Assembly (NCBI GenBank): GCA_964404855.1
Contig: CAYOLO010000001.1
Location: 222,894-286,893, forward strand
Length of the DNA: 64,000 nt
Direction of reading: 5' to 3'
Source: an uncultured Gammaproteobacteria bacterium
Lineage (GTDB): Bacteria; Patescibacteriota; Microgenomatia; CAYQLK01
Under the pieces are notes generated by a model. It did not search any database, was not told where the DNA came from, and worked only from the letters and a program-made list of their open reading frames with translations. Below, in pieces: positions 9,203 to 18,914 of the stretch; the stretch's first letter is position 1; each line of letters begins with the position of its first letter. The translations under genes and the position numbers were made by a program.

Positions 9203-10120
9203 ATGAATGTTTCAGATGTTGTGATAATTGGTTCGGGGCCTGCAGGCTTAACGGCTGCTATTTATACGAGTAGAGCACTACTTTCAACGGTTGTAGTTTC
9301 TGGGGAAACTCCTGGTGGACAACTAATGATAACTAGTGAAGTTGAAAATTTTCCAGGATTTGATGAGGGAATAATGGGTCCGGAGTTGATGGATAAAATA
9401 AAAAAACAAGCTGAAAAGTTTGGAACTGAGTTCGTGGCGGGAAATGTAATAAGGGTGGATTTAAAAGGAGAATTAAAAAAACTGTGGGTGGGGGAAGTAG
9501 AAATTCAGGCAAAATCAGTAATAATTGCGACTGGATCTAATGCAAAATGGTTAGGTCTTCCTTCTGAGGAAAAATATTGGGGTAAGGGGGTTTCGGCGTG
9601 TGCAACTTGTGATGGGTTCTTTTTTAGAAACAAAGAGATAGCAGTTGTGGGTGGTGGAGATTCAGCCATGGAAGAAGCGACATTTTTAACTAAGTTTGCT
9701 AGTAAGGTGACAATTATTCACAGAAGAGATGAGTTTAAGGCATCAAAAATTATGCTTGAGAAAGCGAGGAATAATCCTAAAATTGAATTTTTAACTAATA
9801 AGTCAGTGTCGGAAGTTATAGGTGGAGAAATGTTGACAGGGGTAAAATTAGTCGACACAAATACAAATGAAGAAAGCGAGTTAAAAGTTGAAGGTTTATT
9901 TGTAGCCATTGGGCACGCTCCTAATACTGAAATTTTTAAAGGTCAGCTAGAAATAAATGAGAAAGGTTATTTGGTTGTGGTTGATTATGTGAAGAGTTCC
10001 ACAGAAGGAGTGTTTATAGCTGGAGATGTGTCTGATTACCGATACAGGCAGGCAATAACAGCATCTGGTGCAGGGTGTATGGCCGCACTTGAGGCTGGGA
10101 AGTTTTTGACTGGAGAATAG
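9203..10120 (+). CDS. trxB: Thioredoxin-disulfide reductase
   Basis: It has the GSGPAGLTAA FAD-binding fold, the CATCDG redox-active motif and a GGGDSAMEEA NADPH-binding fold, with the expected length. Confidence 0.9.
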   Translation: MNVSDVVIIGSGPAGLTAAIYTSRALLSTVVVSGETPGGQLMITSEVENFPGFDEGIMGPELMDKIKKQAEKFGTEFVAGNVIRVDLKGELKKLWVGEVEIQAKSVIIATGSNAKWLGLPSEEKYWGKGVSACATCDGFFFRNKEIAVVGGGDSAMEEATFLTKFASKVTIIHRRDEFKASKIMLEKARNNPKIEFLTNKSVSEVIGGEMLTGVKLVDTNTNEESELKVEGLFVAIGHAPNTEIFKGQLEINEKGYLVVVDYVKSSTEGVFIAGDVSDYRYRQAITASGAGCMAALEAGKFLTGE

Positions 10121-10124
10121 AGAT

Positions 10125-10703
10125 ATGGCAAAACAGATTACTTTGGATGTTGAGACAAAGAATATTTTTCAGGAGGTTGGGAATGAAACCAAGAAATTAG
10201 GCATTTCTTATGTTGGCTTGCACGATTCGGAAACTAATGAATATTTTGGATATTTTGAAAAAGATTTGGGGAAAATGTGGCCACTACTTGAATCTGCTGA
10301 TTTGTTGATTGGATACAATATTAAGAGTTTTGATTATGAGGTACTTGCGCCCTATTACCGCGGTGACCTCAAAAAATTTCCGACTATTGATTTGTTAGAG
10401 ATTGTTAAAGATATATTAGGTTTTAGGTTAAAGCTAGATAATTTGGCTAAGGCAACATTGAATAAGGGAAAAATCGGAGATGGGTTGGATGCGGTTAGAT
10501 ATTTCCGTGAGGGGAAGATGGATAAATTGGCAGAGTATTGCCTCGAAGATGTAAGAATTACAAGGGAAATTTTTGATTATGCAATGATGAATGGTAGGTT
10601 AAAATATCCTGACCTGGGTGGTGCGACTAAAGAATTTGTTGTTGATTTGGAAAAGTATTTACCAACATCAACGAATGATACTCAAATGAGTTTGGCGCTA
10701 TAA
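10125..10703 (+). CDS. DnaQ-like (DEDDy) 3'-5' exonuclease / RNase H-like superfamily protein
   Basis: Exo I is 'LDVETKN', Exo II is 'YNIKSFDYEVL' and Exo III is 'YCLEDVRITREIF'. Confidence 0.55.
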   Translation: MAKQITLDVETKNIFQEVGNETKKLGISYVGLHDSETNEYFGYFEKDLGKMWPLLESADLLIGYNIKSFDYEVLAPYYRGDLKKFPTIDLLEIVKDILGFRLKLDNLAKATLNKGKIGDGLDAVRYFREGKMDKLAEYCLEDVRITREIFDYAMMNGRLKYPDLGGATKEFVVDLEKYLPTSTNDTQMSLAL

Positions 10704-10721
10704 AAAGTTATAATTAATTGT

Positions 10722-11087
10722 ATGCAAGCGCAATCAAAAACTAAAAAATCAGAAAAATTTAAGGTCGATATATCAGATTTTTTGCTAAATACCGAGGATG
10801 ACGATTTGATGTCGCGGGCACTTGTTGCTCCAGATTTTGGAAGATTAGGAGAGAGAAGGTTGATGGCATTGGAGGATTTTTTGGTGGGTGAAGTTGGAGA
10901 AGATGGAGTGTTTGTTATCTCAGTGGGATTAAGAAAAGGCGGCAGGGTGTATTTGAAGTATCAGACGGCGGGAAATTTGTTTTTGAAACCAAAGGCGTTT
11001 ATTAAAAATGACCCCAAGGAGCTTGCACCTGAAGAAGTACTAGGTATGGCTACAATAGCTTGGGAAGATTTGGGAAGTTTTGTTTAA
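10722..11087 (+). CDS. Hypothetical protein
   Basis: The ORF has an in-frame ATG and typical local codon usage. No motif was recognised. Confidence 0.35.
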   Translation: MQAQSKTKKSEKFKVDISDFLLNTEDDDLMSRALVAPDFGRLGERRLMALEDFLVGEVGEDGVFVISVGLRKGGRVYLKYQTAGNLFLKPKAFIKNDPKELAPEEVLGMATIAWEDLGSFV

Positions 11088-11371
11088 TTTTTTTTTGACA
11101 AGTCAGCCTAATTGTTTAAAATAGCTTGATATGAATCATTGGATGCTTGTATCCAGTCCAGAAAATTTTGAAATTTCTCGAGGTTTAGGTTTTGGATTGG
11201 CTGGGATGCAGTTGCAATATAGAAAAAAAGCCATTGATGTCCGAATAGGGGATGAGGTTAATAGCAATGTTTTGATTGTGAAAAACTTGGCCGCAAAAAG
11301 TTATTGCGGTTGTGGAAGGAGTTTTTCGATTTAGTTATTTTTCGTATTGAAAAAAACATAAAAAAAGAATT

Positions 11372-12121
11372 ATGAAAGGTTTAATAATTAAAAATCTGTC
11401 TGTATCTGTTGCAGGAAAAAGAGTCGTTGATGGGCTTAACCTAGAGGTTAAACAAGGTGAAGTGTTAGCCTTTATGGGGCCTAATGGTTCTGGAAAGTCA
11501 TCACTGGCTATGGCTGTCGCTGGCTCGCCAAAATATATCGTTGAAAGTGGTCAAGTGTTACTAAATGGTATTGATTTGTTGAAGCTTAAACCTGATGAGA
11601 GAGCAAAAAAAGGAGTATTCGTTAGTTTTCAACACCCTGTTGAGGTGGTTGGGGTAACTGTGGCGTCTTTTTTGAGAATGGCTTATTTAGCCAAAAATAA
11701 GGGTAAAAAAATGGGCTTCGGTGAATTTGGCAAACTATTAAGCGAAAAAATGGAGTTAGTGGGAATAGACAGTAAATTTGCCTCGCGAGAACTTAATGTA
11801 GGGTTTTCTGGTGGAGAAAAAAAGAAACTTGAAGTATTGCAGTTATTAGTTCTTGAGCCTGAATTTGTGATTTTGGATGAATTGGATTCGGGATTAGATA
11901 TAGATTCTGTCGCTTTTTTGGCAAAAGCTGTTTCTGAGATGGTAAAAACGAGAAAAATTGGTGTGATTGTAATTACGCATTACGAAAGAATTTTGAAGTT
12001 TTTGAAGCCAGATAAGGTTGGGGTGTTTGTTGATTCTAAGCTTCGCACAGTTGGTGGCCGAGAAATTGTTAAAAAATTAGAAAAAGAGGGATACGTAAAT
12101 TTTAGAGGAGCAGGAGTTTAA
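11372..12121 (+). CDS. sufC: Fe-S cluster assembly ATPase SufC
   Basis: It has Walker A 'GPNGSGKSS' and the ABC signature 'LSGGEKKKLEVLQL', is about 250 aa and directly precedes sufB. Confidence 0.9.
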   Translation: MKGLIIKNLSVSVAGKRVVDGLNLEVKQGEVLAFMGPNGSGKSSLAMAVAGSPKYIVESGQVLLNGIDLLKLKPDERAKKGVFVSFQHPVEVVGVTVASFLRMAYLAKNKGKKMGFGEFGKLLSEKMELVGIDSKFASRELNVGFSGGEKKKLEVLQLLVLEPEFVILDELDSGLDIDSVAFLAKAVSEMVKTRKIGVIVITHYERILKFLKPDKVGVFVDSKLRTVGGREIVKKLEKEGYVNFRGAGV

Positions 12122-12122
12122 G

Positions 12123-13517
12123 ATGCAAAGTGTTGTTGGAATTGACCAGTCTGAAGTTTCAGCAAACAAGGAAAGGTTTGTTGTTAGGCCAAGTAAGGGT
12201 ATTAGCCGTCAAATAGTTGAGCTTATCTCGAAAGAAAAAAATGAGCCTCTCTGGATGCGCGAGAAGAGATTGGCAGCTTTTGAGATTTTTTTAAAAAAAC
12301 CAATGCCTACTTGGGGGGCGGATTTGTCTGGTTTGGACTTTGACGAAATTACTTTTTATCTCAAAGCTGATTATGGTAAATACGAAAGTTGGAAGGATGT
12401 CCCAAAGGACGTTAAAACAACATTTGAAAAATTAGGAATTCCCCAAGCTGAAAGAAAATTTTTGGCAGGGGTAGTTGGCCAATATGAGTCAGAAGGGTTT
12501 TATCAGAGTTTGATGGAAAAGTATTCTAAGCAGGGGGTGATTTTTTGCGATACAGATACGGCAATACAAAAGTACCCTGAAATATTAAAGGAATATTTTA
12601 TGACAAGGTGTGTGTCGATAGCCGATCACAAGTTTGCATCACTACACGGCGCTGTGTGGAGTGGTGGAAGTTTTGTTTATGTGCCTGCAGGAGTCAAAGT
12701 TGATTTGCCGCTTCAGACTTATTTTAGGATGAATGCAAAAAATTATGGGCAGTTTGAGCACACGTTAATTGTGGCCGAAGAAGGTAGTGATGTTCACTAT
12801 ATTGAGGGTTGTACGGCGCCAAAATATTCTTCGACATCGATGCATAGTGCGGTGGTTGAGATTTTTGTGAAGAAAAATGCGCATGTTAGATATACAACGG
12901 TTCAGAATTGGTCTACAGATGTTTATAACCTCAACACGAAAAGAGCAATCGTGGAAGAGGGCGGTTTTATTGAATGGGTTGGTGGTTCGATGGGTTCAGG
13001 GGTAACGATGCTGTATCCGGCCTCAATGCTAATTGGTAGAGGGGCTAGAGCTGATCATTTGAACATAGCTGTTGGTGGTCCAAATCAGTATAAAGATACG
13101 GGGGCTAAGGTCTTTCATGGAGCTTCAGACACCACATCGACTGTTGTATCTAAGTCCATAGTCTTTGGAGGAGGAGAAACGGTTTATAGGGGCTTACTTA
13201 GGGTTGCTAAGGGGGCTATAAACTCTAAGGCGCACGTACAGTGTGATGCATTAATGCTTGATGATATTTCTAAGTCAGATACAGTTCCAACGATGGAGGT
13301 TTTTGAAGATCAGGTTTCGGTTGGTCATGAAGCGACAGTGGGAAGAATTTCTGAAGAAATGCTTTTTTACTTACAGTCTCGGGGATTAACAGAAGCTGAG
13401 GCGATGGCAATGGTCGTGCGAGGATTCGTTGAACCTGTGGTTAAAAAATTACCCTTGGAATATGCTGTGGAGTTGAATCGTTTGATTGAGCTTGAGATGG
13501 AGGGATCAATTGGCTAA
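12123..13517 (+). CDS. sufB: Fe-S cluster assembly protein SufB
   Basis: It is 464 aa with a SufB-typical C-terminal beta-helix region (…YTTVQNWSTDVYNLNTKRA…). Confidence 0.9.
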   Translation: MQSVVGIDQSEVSANKERFVVRPSKGISRQIVELISKEKNEPLWMREKRLAAFEIFLKKPMPTWGADLSGLDFDEITFYLKADYGKYESWKDVPKDVKTTFEKLGIPQAERKFLAGVVGQYESEGFYQSLMEKYSKQGVIFCDTDTAIQKYPEILKEYFMTRCVSIADHKFASLHGAVWSGGSFVYVPAGVKVDLPLQTYFRMNAKNYGQFEHTLIVAEEGSDVHYIEGCTAPKYSSTSMHSAVVEIFVKKNAHVRYTTVQNWSTDVYNLNTKRAIVEEGGFIEWVGGSMGSGVTMLYPASMLIGRGARADHLNIAVGGPNQYKDTGAKVFHGASDTTSTVVSKSIVFGGGETVYRGLLRVAKGAINSKAHVQCDALMLDDISKSDTVPTMEVFEDQVSVGHEATVGRISEEMLFYLQSRGLTEAEAMAMVVRGFVEPVVKKLPLEYAVELNRLIELEMEGSIG

Positions 13518-14011
13518 TGAATCATAATTTGGTACTGGGTGATAATGAAGAAAAAAACATAAGAGAACAGATATTGCCTGGTAAGATAAATGTAGAAATC
13601 GAAATTAAAGGTAATGATAGTAGTTTTGATTATTATGGTGTTTTGGATGGCAAGGATGAGGAAGAATTTGATATTTCTACAGTTGTAACGCATGTTGGGC
13701 TTAAGGCTAAGAGTAATGTTTGGATTAAGGGAGTATTAAGAAATAATTCAAAAGTTGAGGTAAGCGGTTTGATTAAGGTACTAAATGGTGCAAAAGGCAG
13801 TGATGGTAGATTTAAGGCTGAGTTTTTGGTTTTTGATAATGCTGTAGCTAAGCCAATTCCTGGTTTGGAGATTGAAGAAAATGATGTTGCAGCTGGGCAT
13901 AGTGCGTGGGTTACTAAAGTAAGTGAAGATATGATTTTTTATCTAATGACAAAAGGCTTAAGTAGAAAAAAGTCTGAAAAGGCAATTATTGATGGGTTTT
14001 TGAAAATATAA
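13517..14011 (+). CDS. sufD: SufD-like protein (short form)
   Basis: Its start overlaps the sufB stop as TAATG. The C-terminal 'AGHSAWVTKVSEDMIFYLMTKGLS' resembles the SufB/D C-terminal motif. It is unusually short at 164 aa. Confidence 0.6.
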   Translation: MNHNLVLGDNEEKNIREQILPGKINVEIEIKGNDSSFDYYGVLDGKDEEEFDISTVVTHVGLKAKSNVWIKGVLRNNSKVEVSGLIKVLNGAKGSDGRFKAEFLVFDNAVAKPIPGLEIEENDVAAGHSAWVTKVSEDMIFYLMTKGLSRKKSEKAIIDGFLKI

Positions 14012-14013
14012 AA

Positions 14014-15231
14014 ATGAACAGAAAAGATTTTCCAATATTTGACAAAAAAGTTAATGGGAAAAGATTCGCTTACTTGGATAATGCTGCGACAACACATAAA
14101 CCTCAAGTGGTTATAGATAGAACTAATAAGTTTTATGGTCATGAATATGGAACAATTAATCGCGGGGTATATAAATACTCAGAAATGGCAACAGAAGCTT
14201 TTGAGACAGCTAGAAAGACAGTGGCTAATTTTCTTAATTGTCAAAAACCAAAAGAGATAATTTTTACTTCTGGAACAACGGAAAGTATTAATTTGGTGGC
14301 CTATTCTTGGGGACTAACTAATTTGAAAAAAGATGATGAGATAGTTCTTTCAGTGTCCGAGCATCATGCAAATATTGTGCCTTGGCAGATAATTGCAAAG
14401 ATTACTGGAGCGAAACTAGTGTTTGTAAATATTGACGATTTTGGACTAATTGATGTAGTAGATTTGAGGCAAAAAATAACCAAGAAAACAGCTTTAGTGG
14501 GACTGGTTCATGCTTCAAACGTATTAGGCGGGGTGAATGATGTAAAAACTTTAGTTAAAGAGGTTAGGAAAATAAACAGTAAAACGAAGATTCTAATTGA
14601 TTCCGCTCAAACAGTTGGAAAAATGAGAGTGAGTGTTCAGTCGATTGGAGCTGATTTTTTGGTATTTAGCGGACATAAAACATTAGGACCAACAGGAGTA
14701 GGAGTGCTTTGGATAAGGGAAGAGATTGCTCAAAACATGAATCCGTTTATGGGCGGAGGCTCGATGATTAAAGATGTCACAGAAAATGGCTCAATTTGGA
14801 ATGATATTCCTTACAGATTTGAGGCTGGTACGCCGAATATTGCTGGAGTATTGGGGTTAGCTACTGCAATTAATTATTTGGAACGTGTTGGATTAGATAA
14901 AATTGAAGAGGAAGATCAGAAACTGTCGGAATATATGATGGCGAAGTTTGAAGAGAAAAAGGTTGATTTTTTGGGACCAAATATTGCTAGTAACAGGGTG
15001 GGAATTTTTACATTTAATATAAAAGGTATTCATCCTCACGATTTGGCAAGTGTCTTGGATGCCCATGGTGTTGCGGTTAGATCTGGTTTGCATTGCGCGC
15101 ACCCTTTAATGAAAAGATTGAAATTGGATTCGGGTGTTAGAGCAAGTTTGTATTTTTATAACGACGAACAAGATATTGATCAATTATTTGACGGAATTGA
15201 AAAAGCTAAAAAAGTCTTAAAAATAACTTAA
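14014..15231 (+). CDS. sufS: Cysteine desulfurase SufS (class II aminotransferase V)
   Basis: It has the PLP-binding region 'SGHKTLGPTGVGVLW' and the active-site Cys region 'RSGLHCAHPLM'. Confidence 0.9.
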   Translation: MNRKDFPIFDKKVNGKRFAYLDNAATTHKPQVVIDRTNKFYGHEYGTINRGVYKYSEMATEAFETARKTVANFLNCQKPKEIIFTSGTTESINLVAYSWGLTNLKKDDEIVLSVSEHHANIVPWQIIAKITGAKLVFVNIDDFGLIDVVDLRQKITKKTALVGLVHASNVLGGVNDVKTLVKEVRKINSKTKILIDSAQTVGKMRVSVQSIGADFLVFSGHKTLGPTGVGVLWIREEIAQNMNPFMGGGSMIKDVTENGSIWNDIPYRFEAGTPNIAGVLGLATAINYLERVGLDKIEEEDQKLSEYMMAKFEEKKVDFLGPNIASNRVGIFTFNIKGIHPHDLASVLDAHGVAVRSGLHCAHPLMKRLKLDSGVRASLYFYNDEQDIDQLFDGIEKAKKVLKIT

Positions 15232-15233
15232 AA

Positions 15234-15593
15234 ATGGATAATTTATATCGAGACGAATTGTTAGATTTGGTAAGAGAGAGTGCAGTACAAAGAAAAGTTC
15301 GTAAGCCGGATATTATTGTAGAAGATTTTAATAGTCTTTGTGGTGATAAGTTGTTAATTAGTATCAAACTTGATGGCGACGAAATTATGCAATACGGATT
15401 TGAAGGGAGTGGGTGTTTGATTTCTCAAGCTTCGGCATACTTATTAAAAGAGAAGGTAATAGGGATGAAACTATCTGATTTGAAAAATATTAGTGACGAT
15501 GAGGTTTTGGCAGAACTAGGTATTCCAAAACTTACGCCATCGAGAATGAAGTGTGCTTTGATGGCTGTAAAAACTTTAAGAGAAAAGATATAA
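15234..15593 (+). CDS. sufU: SUF system Fe-S scaffold, NifU/IscU-like (SufU)
   Basis: It has conserved Cys ligands in 'NSLCGDKL…GSGCLISQASA…' and is about 120 aa. Confidence 0.8.
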   Translation: MDNLYRDELLDLVRESAVQRKVRKPDIIVEDFNSLCGDKLLISIKLDGDEIMQYGFEGSGCLISQASAYLLKEKVIGMKLSDLKNISDDEVLAELGIPKLTPSRMKCALMAVKTLREKI

Positions 15594-15603
15594 TTTGCAC
15601 TAA

Positions 15604-15924
15604 TTGAAAGTGAGTAAGTATACTAATAAAAAGTTTAGAAAGGTAGGAAATATGTCAGAGGAACAAATAAATAAAATAGTCGATGAGTTGCCAAAAGAAA
15701 AAGGTAAATATCGCATTGAGGTTAATCGAAGTTTGTGTATTGGGGCAGCATCATGTGTAGCCGTAGCTCCGAATACATTTGAATTGGATAATGAGAATAT
15801 TGCTGTATTAACATCTGGTGATTACGATTCTGATGAAACAAACTTGTTGGCGGCACAGAGTTGTCCGACGAAAGCGATTGTTATTACTGATATAGAAACT
15901 GGTCAGCAGGTATACCCTTCGTAA
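15604..15924 (+). CDS. Small single-cluster ferredoxin ([3Fe-4S]/[4Fe-4S] type)
   Basis: 'CIGAASCVAVAPNTF…SCPTKAI' gives a Cys-x5-Cys…Cys-Pro ligand pattern. Confidence 0.7.
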   Translation: MKVSKYTNKKFRKVGNMSEEQINKIVDELPKEKGKYRIEVNRSLCIGAASCVAVAPNTFELDNENIAVLTSGDYDSDETNLLAAQSCPTKAIVITDIETGQQVYPS

Positions 15925-15930
15925 AATTAA

Positions 15931-17118
15931 ATGGAAATTTTTGACTGCCTAATAATCGGTGGAGGTATAGCCGGTACTACTGCGGCGGAAACATATCGTA
16001 GGTACAATGCTGATGCGTCAATAGTAATTCTCAATAAAGAACCAGAATTACTGTACTCGAGAGTGTTGCTTTTTCAGCTGCTCAAACACGAAGTTTCTGA
16101 AGAGCAGGTTTTTATGCGAAAATTGGAGGAATATCAGGCAAAAAAAATCGATATTAGGACAGGTGTGACCGTTACAAAAATTAATACTGCTAATAAAATA
16201 GTAGTAACGGATAAGGGTGAAATTGGTTATCAAAAATTATTAATTGCGTCTGGTGGAATTCCCAGAAAATTAGGTGTTTTAGGAGAAAATTTGCCTGGAA
16301 TTTTTTATTGGAGATCAATTCATGATTCCAGAGCGATTGAAAAATATGTAAATGGTAAAAAATCGGCTGGGGTGGTAGGTGGAGGATTTATTGGGTTGGA
16401 GCTGGCGCAGGCGTTTGTAAAATTTGGTTTGGAAACAAACTTTTTTATCCTTGAGGAGTGGTTTTGGCAGAATATGCTTGGGGCCGAATCGGGTAAGCTT
16501 CTCGATCAAGTACTTACAAGAAATGGTGTAAAAACGATGTATAACGTGGCAGTTGATCATTTTGAAGGAGTAGATAAATTGCAAAAGACAGTGTTTAAAA
16601 ACGGTCAAAGTGTTGCGACAGATTTATGTGGAATTGGGGTAGGTATTGTTTCGGATACGGAATTTGTAGGAGAGGAGATTAAGCGTAATAAGGGTAAAGT
16701 TGTAACAGATGAATTCCTGAAGACTTCGGTTGCGGATGTCTGGGCGGCAGGAGATATGACAGAATTTTGGGATATGAATCTTAAGATGCCTATTAACTAT
16801 GGAACCTGGGTGAACGCATCTGAACAAGGCAGGATAGCAGGTGAAAATATGAGTGGGAATACAAAAGAATTTAAGCTGATTGCTGCTTATTCTGCGCCGG
16901 TGTTTGATGCGAATCTGACAACCGTTGGTGTAGTTAGGCGTGATTTGGCACAGCAAATTGAAGTAATTGGTAGCGCCACAGAAGGAAGCGTAGCGGAGGT
17001 ATTGATAAGTGGTGGAAAGGTATTAGGTGCGACGCTTGTTAATGCTCAAGCAATGCGAGGAAAAATTACAAAGATGATTGAGAGTGGGGAAGCGTTTGAT
17101 AGGGTGAAGCTGGTATAA
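15931..17118 (+). CDS. FAD-dependent pyridine nucleotide-disulfide oxidoreductase (ferredoxin/rubredoxin reductase-like)
   Basis: It has 'IIGGGIAGTTAAE' FAD and 'VVGGGFIGLELA' NAD Rossmann motifs. It lies adjacent to the ferredoxin. Confidence 0.75.
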   Translation: MEIFDCLIIGGGIAGTTAAETYRRYNADASIVILNKEPELLYSRVLLFQLLKHEVSEEQVFMRKLEEYQAKKIDIRTGVTVTKINTANKIVVTDKGEIGYQKLLIASGGIPRKLGVLGENLPGIFYWRSIHDSRAIEKYVNGKKSAGVVGGGFIGLELAQAFVKFGLETNFFILEEWFWQNMLGAESGKLLDQVLTRNGVKTMYNVAVDHFEGVDKLQKTVFKNGQSVATDLCGIGVGIVSDTEFVGEEIKRNKGKVVTDEFLKTSVADVWAAGDMTEFWDMNLKMPINYGTWVNASEQGRIAGENMSGNTKEFKLIAAYSAPVFDANLTTVGVVRRDLAQQIEVIGSATEGSVAEVLISGGKVLGATLVNAQAMRGKITKMIESGEAFDRVKLV

Positions 17119-17410
17119 GGTTATATTTTTCTTTTCGAGAAACAAGGTTTTTAAACTATTTTTTTAATTACATTCTTTTTTCAATCTACTTTCTTGGACG
17201 CAATTTTGGATGTTTGCTTTTTGCTAAAAGCGAACTCTGCGCAACCAAAGTTGCTTCGACCCGAGAGATTTCTTTCTTTCACTTTTTGCTCGCTCTTTTG
17301 CTAAAACAAAATCTGTGCCCACTCAAAAAAAGAGATCCAAGAAAACAGATTGAGGGATATGGGAGACAGAAAGAGATCAACAAAAGGAAAGTTTGGAGTA
17401 TTAAAAGATA

Positions 17411-17440
17411 AAAAAGAGCCCTCCTTTTTAGGGGAGGGCG
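17411..17440 (-). terminator. Intrinsic terminator: CCCTCC/GGAGGG hairpin plus U-tract on the minus strand (family member 1 of 3)
   Basis: GCCCTCC (17418-17424) pairs with GGGAGGGC, preceded on the + strand by an A-run, which is a T-run on the minus strand. It sits directly downstream of the 17457..17681 minus gene. Confidence 0.6.
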
Positions 17441-17456
17441 TGGGGTGTGAGGAGTG

Positions 17457-17681
17457 TTATTCCTCTTCGTCTTCTTTTTTGATCTTGACGATTCCCAGAA
17501 GGGAGATCAAGAAGAGGACGCCGTTGATGACGGCCGCAGTCACGAAGACGTAGCCGAACAGGCTCCAGAGATCTTGAGAGCTGGTTTCCGCTGCACTGTC
17601 CTGCGCAATGTCGATGAGAAAGAACGCAAGTACAGTGAGGGCCGTGTTGACGGCCAAAATTACGGGAACGATGTATTTCAA
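17457..17681 (-). CDS. Small two-TM membrane protein with an acidic C-terminus, GC-rich relative to its surroundings
   Basis: The 74-aa ORF has two hydrophobic helices and a higher GC than its neighbours, with the conserved terminator directly downstream. Confidence 0.45.
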   Translation of the reverse strand: MKYIVPVILAVNTALTVLAFFLIDIAQDSAAETSSQDLWSLFGYVFVTAAVINGVLFLISLLGIVKIKKEDEEE

Positions 17682-17828
17682 AGGACTTTACTCTCCTGCG
17701 GGGATAGGCGAGTGTTGCAGATGAAAAGTATTTCTACAACAGTACTATTATACCATATTTAGGCCTATAGTTCAATAATTTATTGTAATGTTTTTGGTTA
17801 AAAAACCAAAATTGTTTAGAATAGAGTA

Positions 17829-18260
17829 ATGATTTATGTTGCAAGTGATCACGCTGGTTGGCATTTAAAAAACAAAATTATTGAGTGGCTTGAAGCGTCT
17901 GAATATACAGTTGAAGATTTGGGACCAAAAGAACTAATAAAAGGGGATGATTATCCAGACTACGCCAAATTAGTTAGTGAAAAGGTCAAATTAAATGGCG
18001 GAACAAAAGGGATACTTATTTGTGATACGGGTATAGGGATGTCAATTGCAGCTAATAGATATAAAGGTATTCGAGCAGCATTAGTTGTAAATGATTTTAT
18101 GGCTATAAGAAGTCGGAAACATAACAACGCCAATATTTTGGTGTTGGGGACAGAACTAAATACTTTTGAGGAGCTTGAGAGAATAATGAATACTTTTTTG
18201 ACAACGGATTTCAGCGAAGAAGAGAGACATATTAGAAGATTAGAAAAGATAGAGAAATAA
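17829..18260 (+). CDS. rpiB: Ribose-5-phosphate isomerase B
   Basis: It has 'ILICDTGIGMSIAANR' in the RpiB/LacAB fold and is about 143 aa. Confidence 0.85.
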   Translation: MIYVASDHAGWHLKNKIIEWLEASEYTVEDLGPKELIKGDDYPDYAKLVSEKVKLNGGTKGILICDTGIGMSIAANRYKGIRAALVVNDFMAIRSRKHNNANILVLGTELNTFEELERIMNTFLTTDFSEEERHIRRLEKIEK

Positions 18261-18262
18261 TC

Positions 18263-18901
18263 ATGTTAAAAGTAGTTCCTGGAATTTTTGTTAATGACGA
18301 AGACCATTTGAATGGACTAATAAAAGTGGCGAGAAGTTTTAGTAATGAGATTCATGTGGATATTGCAGATGGTGAATTTGTTCCAACGAGGAGTGTTGGT
18401 ATCGAAGTCGTACAGAAGATTGTTCCAAATGGATATGAATATAATTTGCATCTAATGACATTTTTGACCAAAGAAGGGTTAATAACTTGGTCTGGAACAT
18501 CTGCAAAAAGAATATTTATTTATTCAAATGCTTTAAGAGGTGTGGAGTTTGAAGAAGCTTTTCGGATTATTGAGAGTACTGGTAAGTTGTCGGGTCTAGT
18601 AATCGAGCCAAACCAGTCGGTTTTGGAATTAACAGAACATATTAAACTTGTTGACGAAGTCATGATTATGGGAGTGAATAGTGGTCGCTCTGGTCAGCCT
18701 TTTATTGGTGGAGTATTGCCAAAATTAGGTCAGGTTAGATCAATTAGACGCGATGCAAGGATAGGTGTTGATGGAGGGATTAATTTGGAAACAATAAAAA
18801 GACTCAGGGGATTTGATTTTGCGGTGTCATCTAGTGCAATATTTGGTGGAGAGCCACAAAAAGGTTTTAATGACTTAACGGAGTTAGCAAAATATATATA
18901 A
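18263..18901 (+). CDS. rpe: Ribulose-phosphate 3-epimerase-like (TIM barrel)
   Basis: It has the 'IHVDIADGEFVP' metal-binding motif and sits in a pentose-phosphate gene context. Confidence 0.65.
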   Translation: MLKVVPGIFVNDEDHLNGLIKVARSFSNEIHVDIADGEFVPTRSVGIEVVQKIVPNGYEYNLHLMTFLTKEGLITWSGTSAKRIFIYSNALRGVEFEEAFRIIESTGKLSGLVIEPNQSVLELTEHIKLVDEVMIMGVNSGRSGQPFIGGVLPKLGQVRSIRRDARIGVDGGINLETIKRLRGFDFAVSSSAIFGGEPQKGFNDLTELAKYI

Positions 18902-18914
18902 AAGGGGGAAAATT

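Noticed and set aside
11131-11334. 67-aa ORF between the hypothetical gene and sufC
   Set aside because: It is short, has no motif and could be a real small protein, but there is no evidence beyond an open frame, so I left it unannotated.
17214-17762. Several 60-100-aa + strand ORFs (17214..17411, 17350..17553, 17454..17762)
   Set aside because: They overlap the terminator hairpin and the antisense strand of the 74-aa membrane gene. They are low-complexity with no RBS context and likely spurious.
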